A stretch of DNA of 56,582 nt, from assembly GCA_032718475.1 (NCBI GenBank), contig JAUCBJ010007225.1, forward strand, positions 1 to 56,582, given 5' to 3'. The stretch is from Nemertoderma westbladi (lineage: Eukaryota; Animalia; Xenacoelomorpha). Position numbers and translations under genes: made by a program. Positions 11,774-21,962 of this stretch are shown here, piece by piece; the first letter of the stretch is position 1; every line of letters begins with the position of its first letter. The notes under the pieces are model-generated. The model saw only the letters and a list, made by a program, of their open reading frames with translations. It did no database searches and was not told the DNA's origin.

Positions 11774-12175
11774 ATGCATCAATCACGTTATGGCGAAGAT
11801 AAACTAAAAGAAACAATAAAAAATGGAAGTAAGTTGGATAGTAGGGCTATTGAGGAGCAGCTGATAAGCGAGTCTTTCCGGGTGATGTTCCCACCGCAGA
11901 AAACACACAACAAAGAAGCATTTGTCAGATGGTTAAAGATTGTAATCGGTACCAAGGCTATCCGCATATTTAGTACAAAACGTATGAGTGGTAGTGCTCT
12001 TGTAATTTTCAACAATTATGGAACGAAGAAAGAGGAAAGAATTACACTACGGCCTTCTGATGCAGCAGATGTTCCAAAATTGTGCACCTATATCCACCTA
12101 ATAAACGAAGGAGGTTTACTTAAGAAGGCAAGTTCAATTATTATTACACTTCATTCTTCTTTCGCCTTAATTTAA
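11774..12175 (+). CDS. Candidate host exon or pseudo-exon, possibly a degenerate PH-like domain
   Basis: 133-codon ATG ORF with normal composition in an AT-rich region. Strand-then-helix pattern, and ending INEGG resembles ITQEGG of the 32399 PH exon. Weak. Confidence 0.3.
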   Translation: MHQSRYGEDKLKETIKNGSKLDSRAIEEQLISESFRVMFPPQKTHNKEAFVRWLKIVIGTKAIRIFSTKRMSGSALVIFNNYGTKKEERITLRPSDAADVPKLCTYIHLINEGGLLKKASSIIITLHSSFALI

Positions 12176-12181
12176 CATATA

Positions 12182-12214
<33 letters not shown>

Positions 12215-12870
12215 GGACGCAATAAAAATTAATCCCTCTCCAGGGGAAATTCTACGCAAATAATAGTTGATTACTTTCAAAAATAAAACTGCAACCTGTT
12301 CTATTGTGTTTAGTTTATTGTTTTGATTAAAATAACGTGCCACTGTAACCTGCTCCTTTCCCTAAATGGAGAATTGAACATTGAGGCGGGATATTAATTC
12401 GCCAAGGCGGGTTTTGCGTCGAGTTTCCCCCCTGTCTCTAATTCAAATTGTAGGGTCACGGCCATAACTGTTCATCTTATAAGACTATAGAAGTAGGATC
12501 TAACTACATAAATTTTTGAATAATATTGAAAATATTTTCTTATATCTCAAAAGAAAATCTAAAAAACCCTATCCACCAATAAATAATAATATCACACGGA
12601 AATAAGTATACACATCGTGGGGCGAGCCACGATGTCAAGGTGATGCTTTGCGTAGCAGTATATTTGTTGATCGTCTTTCGCCATATCGTTCTCGCCGTCG
12701 TTGGAAATGTCGTCGAAGAAAACTAGTCGGTCAATCTTTGATTAAAAGGAACCAAAATACGTACACATCTATTGTAATCTATCAAAAGTTTCTAAATTCT
12801 ACGCACAGACACTAGATAGCCTTCTTTAGTTCCTTTGTCGGCCGCTAGTGGAGTGACCACGTCCACTAAT

Positions 12871-14165
12871 TACTACTACTACTACTTCTACTAGAGAGCA
12901 GGGCGATGTCATCCGCAAAGTCGGTGTCTGTGACTGTAGTTGCCGGATATCTACTACTTCTGCGTCTTGAAGTGTGAATCCCAGATCTTCACCCTTTGTG
13001 GCCGTTCTCATTGCGTAATCCAGCACAATTACAAATAGTAATGGTGCTAATGCGTCACCTTGCAGTACGCCAGTCAGTTTCACCATCTGGTGAGAGTACC
13101 TGCGCTTCTGTGTCACAATATAACAATCCAATGCCAGCAAAAATTACTTCTGGTATTCCATAAGCTCTTAGGATTTCAAGCATTTTACCTCTATGGATGG
13201 AGAAGAATGCCTTCTTGAAGTCCACAAAAGTCATGACTGCGGGGAGATTCTTTGACTTAATTCCTTCAATCAGTCTCCGTAGTGCAAGTATCTGAGCTAT
13301 TGTTGATCTATTTGGTCGAAATTCGTTTTGGCTCTCACACAATAGTTTCTGTATGTGAGGCCTAATCCTATATAGAATCATTTTATTGTATATTTTAGCA
13401 GCTACCACAAGCAGACAGATCCCACAATAGTTTGTTGGTATACCGAGGTCTCCTTTCTTGGGGAGAGGCTTTACTTGACCTTTAGTCCAAATTGGTGGTG
13501 GCTTTTCCCCTTTTAACATCCGGTTGCAAACATTCAATAATGGTCTGTTTAGCACACCTGTTTTCCATACCTCCGCTGGGATTTCATCTAATCCACTCGC
13601 TTTATTATTGGACATGCTTTTAATGCTTCTTTGGAGTTCGGCAGGTGTGAAGTCCCCTGTTTCTATAGATAGTGTCTTGTCATATATTTTCCTTGTAGGG
13701 CTATCGGCTTTGAGACGCCACTTTGCACAACTTTTCCGACCAGATACCTCATTTGCAGTTTGCCAGGTAAGTCTTGATTGTTGCTGTATGTGAGCAGTTG
13801 TAATTGCTTCAATTTTATCCTGTATGTACTTTTCCTGGCTGCTGTTCTAGGCCTCTAGGTTCTAGGTTTTAAGATCGTCCTTCAACCTTATTAATGTTTT
13901 CGGTTCTTGGTTGTTCGGTTTTAACTTTGTAGGCTATCTTAAGATCTTCTATCTCACAAGTAACCTCAGAGTTTTGCCATGACACATACTGTTTTCGTTT
14001 GGGTTTCTGGGGGATCTGCCTCTTAGCTGATTCCTTGTGGGCTGTTATTATATTCTGGTATATTGAATCGGTGGACTGGTCCTCATCCATTGACTGAAGT
14101 GCTTCAAAGCGGTTTTGAACTTCTACTGTGTAAGCATCCTTTACAGCATTGTCAGTTCTGAGTTT
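12871..14165 (-). mobile_element. RTE-clade LINE (outer element), linker + RT part, degraded
   Basis: PKKGDL...NYCGICLL...QNEFRPNRST...FVDFKKAF, GVLQGDALAPLLF and DFADDIALLS in frameshifted pieces, ending in (TAG)n on the element strand. Confidence 0.88.
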
Positions 14166-14445
14166 TTGAATTCTATGCAATAGAATTCTATTAAATCCTT
14201 GTTTAAAGCTCATCTATCCCATCATAGTAGACATGTACCAAACAACAGGAGTCCCACAAGAAATGAAAACAAATAAGTTGGTGAAAGTTCCCAAGAAGGG
14301 CAACCTAACACTCTATGGTTCTTTTCGGGGAATCTCATTAATCTCGATTGCTGCAAAGCTATACAATAGAATTCTATTAAATCGCATCAGGGATCCCATT
14401 GAGAGACTGCTCCGTGGAAATCAGAATGGGTTCCGTAAAGGTCGT

Positions 14446-14631
14446 TGGTATGTCCGGCTGTCCGGTACATAGCCAGACAACTGTAGCCTGTAGGCTGAGG
14501 TAAAAGTGGATGCTGGAGCGACACAACCGGTCCGTATAATATAAGCAGAATGCCAGCAAGATATGTAGGCCCGTGCCATAGACAGTAAGGGGGAATAATG
14601 AAATAGGCCTATACTGTATATATCCATACCA
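14446..14631 (-). repeat. Gypsy 3' LTR (PPT AAAGGGGGAGT adjacent at 14632-14642)
   Basis: TGGTATG...CATACCA, direct repeat of 19432-19617. Confidence 0.95.
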
Positions 14632-14733
14632 ACTCCCCCTTTAGGCGATTTTGTCAGATCAAAATTGTTTACAGTGAACCCCATACACCATATTATAGTT
14701 TAAAAATAATAAATGACTATTCTAGTGTAATAA

Positions 14734-17700
14734 TTAATTTTTATAGTCTCCAAATCGAACAGTAGGTTTTGTTACACGAGTGCTGCGGCGTATTACGCTC
14801 TTACTTTCAGTTTCCAAGTCCGGTGTTGGAACTGTTTTCTGTTGGGTTGGGTTTGGTGGTGTTTCGAGTTCAATGACCTCGTGGTAGCGACGGAGAAAAC
14901 GTCTGTTTCGCCACCATGTACGACCTGAAGGTAGTTTAACGTGGTAGTCTCGTCGTTTTCCGGCCCCAACTATAATACCGACACGATCCCAACGTTTAGA
15001 TCTGGAGTCTTGGAGGCGAACTTTTGTGCCTATTAGGAATGGTTTGAGGTCCCGCGCCGTTGAATTGTAGTGTTTGACGGCTTTCTCGCGAATAGTTTCG
15101 TGTCGTGCGTCAGCTGTCTCGGCTGACTGCTGCCACTTCGGGTCAAATGAAGTGTGATGGGCTGGTACACGCGATCGCAGGTTGCGCCCAAAAACGATCT
15201 GGCTTGGTGAGCGACCATCCGCGTGTGGTGTGTTCCGTACCTCGAGTAAACCTTCGAGGAATTCCTCAGAATTTATGTCTGAGGTTGTCGTTTTTGCCAA
15301 TAGACCTTTAATGAGTTTTACGTGGCATTCCGCGTGCCCGTTACTGGACGGAAAATGCGGCGTACTAGGCGCCCATTCGACCCCCCAACGTTGCAGGAAT
15401 TTCCTAAAGTTGGATGCGGCGAATTGAGGTCCTCCATCGCTTCGAAGTTTGGTTGGAACGCCTAAGTCGACGAAACATTTCCGTAACACGCTGACGACTT
15501 GTTGTGATGTTGGGTCATTACGCCATTGACCAACGAGTGGATAGCCAGATAATAAATCTGTGTAAACAATGTAGTGTCGGCCGGCGAGAGAGAATAGGTC
15601 TGTCGATGCGTGTTCGAAGGGTCTGGTTGGCTGTGGGTCGGCAACCAACGTCTCCTTCGGCAGGCTCGGTAGTCGTTCTTGGCACTGATGACATTGCTGA
15701 ACCATTTGGATTATGTCGTTGTTTATTCCCGGCCAGTAGACTGCGGACCGCGCTCTTTGTTTCGTCCGCGTCATACCCTGGTGGGCGGCGTGTAGGCGTT
15801 CTAGAATTTCGGCTCGTTTCGCACTAGGTATAACCAGGCGTGGACCATATAATACCAGGCCGTTATCTATGGAGAGTTCGTTATGTATGGATTTAAATTG
15901 CTGGACGAATCCGGAGGTGTGGTTTTCAGTTGTGAATCCGCTTAGGATTTCAGTAACTAATTGCTGATAGGCCTTATCGTTTAAGGCTACCTTCCGGATT
16001 TCCTCGATAACGGGGTCTGTTGTAGGTGGTTCTAGAACGTTTTCAGGATCTAAGTCCCGAGTATTAGTTAATGCTATCCGTATAGCTGCTATGGTTCTTG
16101 TGACATCGTCATCTTCCTTTAATAATTCATCAGTGGTATCGGGGTCATCCCTGGAGCTCGCTGAGACGTCTGCTTTATTGTCTTCACCTTTTTGCCACAC
16201 TAATTCAAATTGATATTTCGATTGCAGCTGAGCTTTAATTCGCTGGAGTTTTGTATTATCGACTTGATCCAGGGTTTGTTTATTGAAGATTGAAAGTAAA
16301 GGCCGATGGTCAGTCATAACTTTAAAACTTTCTAATCCAGCTAAATATAGGTGGCATTTACTCATTGCATATTTTATAGCAATGGCTTCCAATTCTATTG
16401 TGGCATACCGGGTTTCGGCGTCCGATATAAATCGGCTTCCACAGGCAATGAGCTTCCATTTATTATTATTATTTTGCAGTAAATCGAAGCCAAATCCGTG
16501 CAATCGACTGGCGTCTACTTCTAACCGTGTTTCAGCGTGCGGATCGAAGGGTACCAGGATTGGAGGTTTTAGAAGTGCGTATTTAACAGCCTCGAATGCA
16601 TTATCATGCATTATTTCCCATGTAAAATGGTTGCGAGTTCGTAGTAACTCGCGCAACGGAGTCGCTGCAGCGCTGACTTCCGCGGAAAAGCAACCGAGTT
16701 GGTTAACGAGTCCCATAAAACTTCTGAGTTCACTTATGTTAGTTGGTTTGGGAAACTCGGAGATTGCCTTTACTTTGTTGGGGTCTGCCTCGATGCCATT
16801 GTGTGAAACGATATATCCTGCGAACTTTACGCGTTCTTGAGCGAAGTTGAACTTTTCAGGATGGAGGGTGATGCCAAAATCCCGACAGCGTTGTAGAACC
16901 GAACGAACGCGTTCAACGTGAGTGTCAAACTCGACATCCTCGATGAGTAGGTCGTCTACGATTTTATTTATGTTGGCCATACCCTCAAAAGCCATGTCTC
17001 CCCTATAATTATATGAGTCCCCGGTGGATATGAAGCCCATCGGGGCCCGGCAGTACCGGAACCGGCCCCACGGCGTTAAGAAGGTAGTGAGGTCTCGCGA
17101 TCCTTCCGCCAACTCGACTTGCCAATAACCAGACTTAGCGTCGATTTTTGTGAAATAACGCGCGTCTGGTGTGCGGTCTGAGACAACGTCGAAAGGAGTT
17201 TTGGCATTGTGTATAGTTCGTTTCACCTGATTATTTAATTTGGTAAGGTCAACCGTGATGCGAATTTCATCCGGTCGACCGGGTTTGGGGCAAACAACCA
17301 TGGGATGACACCAATCTGTGGCCCGGTCACCCACCCGTTCAATGATGCCTTTGTCCAACATGTCGTTGAGTTCGGCGTGGGCTTTATCTCTGTACGCGTA
17401 GGGTATAGAGCGGGTGGCGTAGATGCAGAAAGGTTTTGCACCTTCCTTGACTTCTATAGTCATAGGGGGACCCAGCATCGGTTTAAGTTGGCCTTTGATG
17501 GCAAAGACGTCACTAAACTCTTCCAGAAGTTTTTGTTTTATTTTTTCTACGAGTTCAGCATCTATGTTAATAGGTGCAACCACTTTATTTTCCTTCACTA
17601 AATGGAGTGGTGTGGGGAATTCGTCGTGGACGATGTTGATGGCTTTACAAGCTGTAAAGGAAAGATAAATATCTTTAATTCCGTCACAAATATAAACCCA

Positions 17701-17907
17701 TTCGTTGTAACGCATGTTTTCAATCTGTAGAGTTAGTTTTAAACGTCCTATACATTTTATTGGATTGCTGTTTATTGCTTCCAGTGGCTCGTCTAATTCT
17801 CTAACTTTATTTATAGATATACCGAGGCGATTTAGAATACCGATTCCGCCAGCGGTGACGTCTGCGCCGGTGTCTGCAATGCAAGCGCTTGTTGTTAGCA
17901 GTTTCCC
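14734..17907 (-). CDS. pol: Gypsy pol: aspartic protease, RT, RNase H, integrase
   Basis: The frame is open upstream of the track ATG (17715) and includes protease IADTGAD. RT DAKSGYWQ...PMG...VDD, RNase H VDAS...ELEA...TDHRPL, integrase HxxHQG...CxxC, DLF, SDGGPQF, NGHAE. Confidence 0.93.
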   Translation of the reverse strand, partial: GKLLTTSACIADTGADVTAGGIGILNRLGISINKVRELDEPLEAINSNPIKCIGRLKLTLQIENMRYNEWVYICDGIKDIYLSFTACKAINIVHDEFPTPLHLVKENKVVAPINIDAELVEKIKQKLLEEFSDVFAIKGQLKPMLGPPMTIEVKEGAKPFCIYATRSIPYAYRDKAHAELNDMLDKGIIERVGDRATDWCHPMVVCPKPGRPDEIRITVDLTKLNNQVKRTIHNAKTPFDVVSDRTPDARYFTKIDAKSGYWQVELAEGSRDLTTFLTPWGRFRYCRAPMGFISTGDSYNYRGDMAFEGMANINKIVDDLLIEDVEFDTHVERVRSVLQRCRDFGITLHPEKFNFAQERVKFAGYIVSHNGIEADPNKVKAISEFPKPTNISELRSFMGLVNQLGCFSAEVSAAATPLRELLRTRNHFTWEIMHDNAFEAVKYALLKPPILVPFDPHAETRLEVDASRLHGFGFDLLQNNNNKWKLIACGSRFISDAETRYATIELEAIAIKYAMSKCHLYLAGLESFKVMTDHRPLLSIFNKQTLDQVDNTKLQRIKAQLQSKYQFELVWQKGEDNKADVSASSRDDPDTTDELLKEDDDVTRTIAAIRIALTNTRDLDPENVLEPPTTDPVIEEIRKVALNDKAYQQLVTEILSGFTTENHTSGFVQQFKSIHNELSIDNGLVLYGPRLVIPSAKRAEILERLHAAHQGMTRTKQRARSAVYWPGINNDIIQMVQQCHQCQERLPSLPKETLVADPQPTRPFEHASTDLFSLAGRHYIVYTDLLSGYPLVGQWRNDPTSQQVVSVLRKCFVDLGVPTKLRSDGGPQFAASNFRKFLQRWGVEWAPSTPHFPSSNGHAECHVKLIKGLLAKTTTSDINSEEFLEGLLEVRNTPHADGRSPSQIVFGRNLRSRVPAHHTSFDPKWQQSAETADARHETIREKAVKHYNSTARDLKPFLIGTKVRLQDSRSKRWDRVGIIVGAGKRRDYHVKLPSGRTWWRNRRFLRRYHEVIELETPPNPTQQKTVPTPDLETESKSVIRRSTRVTKPTVRFGDYKN

Positions 17908-19244
17908 CGTCCGGTATGCACGAATTGTACGGAGATGCGAGGTTTACCGGCCTCCCGGGCTAGTTCGCGTGGTTCGACGCCAATTTTCGCGAGGGAAATC
18001 GCACCGGAAGTTGCCTTCTTTGGTTGGCGACATAGATGGGTGAAGTGGCCGATACGTTCGCATTTTTTGCATTCGCGGCCAATGGCTTTACACGGTTTAT
18101 CTTTCTCGTGAGGCCAAACTCCACCACATTTCCAGCAGCGATTATTGTCTCGTATTTGTGGATGGGGTTTGAATTGTCGACCTTTACTGGAGCTCCGTTG
18201 GCTATCTGACTTACTAAAATTACGCCCTCGGTTCTGAGGTTTAACTGCGTTAACTTTGTATGTCAGTCGTTGATCTTCCCGAACAGCCAGCTCCCGATTA
18301 CGGCAAAAATCGACAGTTTCATCGCGGGATAGGGCAGGCCTTTTACCCAAAAGTTCCTGGCGTACCTCCTCATCCCGTATACCGCAAACTATTAAAGTGG
18401 AGATCCAGTCCTCCTTTGTCATAACTTCGATGTTTGCGTCATCCACCAGTTCGCACAACTGAATGTAGTAATCGTCGAACGACTGTTTGTCTTCCTGTTT
18501 AGTCCGTACCAGTTTGTAGCGGTCTACAGTTATATTCTGTTGTGCGCGGAGGTGTTCCCGTGTTTTTACGAGGATTTCGTCCATTGACAGTCGGGTATCT
18601 TGAGGAATTTTGACAGCATAATGCATCCGGTTCAGGAAATCAGGGCTGCAGTATGAAAAGAACGTTGCCACCTGATCTTCCATAGGTTTGCTGTCGAGTT
18701 TTGTCACCCGGGCATAATTGCGCCATGTTGTCTCCCACCGTTTAAATGTTTTGTAGGAAACGTCGTCCTCGATAATGTTTGGCGGGTGTACAGTGAGTTT
18801 GGTTGCCTCGCGGTCTTGGGGACGTCTGGAGCTTCCGTGCGTTGCCGATCCCGGGCCCGCAGCTGCTATTACGTAGCGCTCTTCCCGCAATCCCTCAAGT
18901 AAACGCTGTTGGTTTTGATCGACGAGGTAGAGGAGTTGTCTGTGCTCTTCCGCCCGTTCTCGTCGTTCAACCCGCTGTTCTTCCATTCGTTTAGCATCCT
19001 GGTCGACAAAGTGCGCGAGGAGTTTAGCTAAATCGGAACCTCCGACTTCTCCGGTTTGTTCAGGTTCTGATTCTGCTCCTTCTACGAACTTTAGCAACCG
19101 TTTTCTAAGAACCGTTGTTGCCGTTCTGTCGCTGTACCTAATTCCGGCATTTGCGAGGTGTGCTTTAATAGTCGCCCGGTCAAGGTGTTCTATCGAAGCT
19201 GGATCAATTTCCCACGTTTCATCCTGGGTTGGGAGTTCGTCCAT
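17895..19244 (-). CDS. gag: Gypsy gag with two zinc knuckles
   Basis: ATG at 19244. Q..KQSFDDY capsid-type motif, CWKCGGVWPH...C and CKKCERIGHFTHLC. Confidence 0.9.
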   Translation of the reverse strand: MDELPTQDETWEIDPASIEHLDRATIKAHLANAGIRYSDRTATTVLRKRLLKFVEGAESEPEQTGEVGGSDLAKLLAHFVDQDAKRMEEQRVERRERAEEHRQLLYLVDQNQQRLLEGLREERYVIAAAGPGSATHGSSRRPQDREATKLTVHPPNIIEDDVSYKTFKRWETTWRNYARVTKLDSKPMEDQVATFFSYCSPDFLNRMHYAVKIPQDTRLSMDEILVKTREHLRAQQNITVDRYKLVRTKQEDKQSFDDYYIQLCELVDDANIEVMTKEDWISTLIVCGIRDEEVRQELLGKRPALSRDETVDFCRNRELAVREDQRLTYKVNAVKPQNRGRNFSKSDSQRSSSKGRQFKPHPQIRDNNRCWKCGGVWPHEKDKPCKAIGRECKKCERIGHFTHLCRQPKKATSGAISLAKIGVEPRELAREAGKPRISVQFVHTGRGNC

Positions 19245-19419
19245 CACGCAAATTAAATAGGCCTATGTTTTTTTAATATATGAAATTTCAAATTATTAAT
19301 TAGCAAGCAAATAACGTCAGAACGTGCAGACGTACAGTCGATCGATGATCGATCGGTGATATTGCAGTGCAGTTTATTGCGTAAGTTCAAGCGCAGCGCG
19401 GTACTGGTACTGCGCCTAT

Positions 19420-19431
19420 CTCACTGCGCTA
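19420..19431 (-). promoter_or_regulatory. Primer binding site (tRNA-Ser-like, TGG apparently mutated to TAG)
   Basis: TAGCGCAGTGAG immediately after the 5' LTR on the element strand. Confidence 0.6.
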
Positions 19432-19617
19432 TGGTATGTCCGGCTGTCCGGTACATAGCCAGACAACTGTAGCCTGTACGCTGAGGTAAAAGTGGATGCT
19501 GGAGCGACACAACCGGTCCGTATAATATAAGCAGAATGCCAGCAAGATATGTAGGCCCGTGCCATAGACAGTAAGGGGGAATAATGAAATAGGCCTTTAC
19601 TGTATATATCCATACCA
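19432..19617 (-). repeat. Gypsy 5' LTR
   Basis: 186-bp direct repeat of 14446-14631. Confidence 0.95.
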
Positions 19618-20841
19618 GTCGTGGGACCATGGAGCCCATTTTGGCACTTAGAAGGATAATTGAAGAGTTTTCAAAAAAAAAGACAGGCACCTGGCTGTTA
19701 TCTTTGTTAAACTTCTTCAAGGCCTTTGATTCAGTCTCTCGCTCACGTATGTTCAGCATACTTTTATTATACGGGATTCCTGATAATATTATTGCAGCAA
19801 TCAGATCAGACCATACGATGGTTCGACAACATTTGTGTCTACTGTTGACGGTGACACAGAACCATTTGAAGTGTTATGGGGCGTCCTCCAGGGAGACACA
19901 CTTGCACCATTCTTGTTCATAATTGTTGTTGACTATGTTCTATGCATGTCCTTAGATCATCATAATGATGATGGGGTGATGATAACTCCACCTACTCCTG
20001 CCAAGTACCTAACTGATGTAGACTTTGCTGATGACTTAGGAGTACTCTCAGAATCACTAGAGGGAGCCCAACGGCTCCTCAGGTCATTAGAACAGACTGC
20101 TTCTAGTGTTGGTCTTTTTATTAACTCCAGAAAGACCGAAATTTTGACAGTTAACTTTGAAAGTGCTCAGCAAGTCTCTGATCGGATGAGGATAAGCTCA
20201 AAGGATGGTATGCTTGAGCATGTGGACGACTTCTGCTACCTGGGATCATGGATCCGGAAGTCAGGTTAGGACCTTCGAATACGTAAGGGAAAGGCATGGG
20301 CAGTCTTGAATAGGCTTTCCAGGATTTGGAAGTCACCGAAAATTAATCGGAAACTTAAGGTCCGATTATTTAGAGCAGCAGTATTTCTAGTACTCCTCTA
20401 TGGGAGTCCATGCTGGGCTCTAACTGCTGAGGACACCAAATCTCTGGATGGCACATTCACAAGAATGCTACGCCGCGTTCATTGTGTCAAGTACAATGCA
20501 CACATCTTCAACCAGCCACTATATAACATTGGAGGTGACTCATTTGTTCCCCCAAGCTTGACACTAGAACAAAATAGCCTCCGCTTTGCAGGACATTGCT
20601 TTCGCCGTGAGGACCAGACAGTGCATAATCTTGTACTTTCGCAGCCTCATGGAGTGAAGAAGCGTGGTGGACAGCCATGACTTTCTTGAGACGCATCTTA
20701 AGGGACACTGGCCTTGAAGATGCGGATGATCTAGCAAATGTCATGGGTGATAGGGAGTTGTGGCAGCGCAATTTTGTCGACAAGCCGGCACAGCATTCTT
20801 AAAAATGCAGCTGCAATGCAGCAAGCCGATCCTAGTAGTAG

Positions 20842-21435
20842 TCTGAGTTTCTCCCAGTCATAGTTGATTTGCTTGCTTTTCCTGGGTTTGCTGGCTCTCA
20901 AACTGAGTCTGATCTCTGCAGTCACAATGCTGTGGTCCGAACCAATTAGGTTGAACGAGCTGTATGCCTCGCAGATCATGCTGTTTCTCCACTTTTTGTT
21001 TATAAGGATGTAATCCAGTTGTGCTTTGGTTCCATTAGGGTATTGAAAGGTCCATAGCTTCCCCTTACTCTTTTCGAATGTGTTGTTTGTTGGTATCAAT
21101 TCACATTCTTCCATTAGGTCTAAAAGTACATAAGTACCAATTTATGTTAGAACTGGTGTTCTAGGTGTAACCCTTGATGTCTTCTGGGCCAATTTGTGCA
21201 TTCAGGTCACCAGCAATGACTTTAACATTGTGTTTCGGAATGTCCTTTATAAGTCCAGTCAGATTTTCATAAAACTTGACTGCTTGTTCTGGCTCTGAGG
21301 CATTGGTTGGAATGTAGCAACATATAACTGTTGCCTTGTGATTCCCATCAAATGTTGCGATCATAAGCCTGGAATTTATAGATTCGATGTTGTTTAGGTG
21401 CAAATGGGCTTAGCAGAATTCCTACTCCACCAATA
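20842..21435 (-). mobile_element. RTE-clade LINE (outer element), APE endonuclease part
   Basis: SRLMIATF...CYIPT...AGDLNAQIG, QLDYIL...SDH. NYDWEKLR joins KLRTDNAV at 14165 through the TSD. Confidence 0.88.
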
Positions 21436-21876
21436 GTTAATGCCCGAGATGCAATGGCCGAAAAAAGGAACCAAAATAGGTACATTGTTCAGTTCTATCA
21501 ATTTGATGCAATTAGTAGTAATTTAGACAGCCTTACCACCAACCAATAGGAAGCAAAAAGAACGGGGAGGGGGGGGGGGGGGTTGCATGCAAACTAACAC
21601 TTACCAGTAAGGAATCACAGACTGTCTTGTACAGTAGTAGTTTAGACCTGTAGTTGTTTATTCCTGCATGTACTTCTGTACATTACACCTGCATGCAGTT
21701 TAAATGAATTGAGTTGATAAAGGGCTGTTTCCCGAAATATACTCGGTTATTTCATTTCAAATTATATTTTTGGTCACTTAGAAAAAGGTCCTTCTAAACG
21801 CACTAACTCTTTGTCTATTATGATACCACCGGTGATCTGGGCACAAACCTATTTACAGATAACTTACTGTACTGTC

Positions 21877-21962
21877 AGCCAATCAGCTGTCACAGTGATC
21901 TAGCCAATCAGCTGTCACACTGATCTAGCCATTCAGCTGTCACATTGTTCTAGCCAATCAGT
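21877..21962 (+). repeat. 25-bp minisatellite with CCAAT motifs (~3.5 copies)
   Basis: AGCCAATCAGCTGTCACAGTGATCT repeated. Confidence 0.8.

Larger units (their letters stand above)
14446..19617 (-). mobile_element. Full-length Ty3/Gypsy LTR retrotransposon (Mag-like)
   Basis: 186-bp TG...CA LTRs with 2 differences, 5-bp TSD GTCGT (14441-14445, 19618-19622), PBS, PPT, and gag plus PR-RT-RH-IN order. Confidence 0.96.
14166..20841 (+). mobile_element. 5'-truncated RTE-clade LINE inserted antisense in the outer RTE, itself split by a Gypsy element
   Basis: PKKGNL...QNGFRKGR|GTMEPILALRR, GVLQGDTLAPFLF, DFADDL, YLGS, LRFAGHC. (TAG)3 tail at 20833-20841. 9-bp TSD TCTGAGTTT at 14157-14165 and 20842-20850. 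Confidence 0.9.

Noticed and set aside
12182-12432. Poly-G run with degenerate inverted ends (GACGCAA/TTGCGTC)
   Set aside because: Too degenerate to define TIRs or a TSD, and homopolymer lengths may be unreliable.
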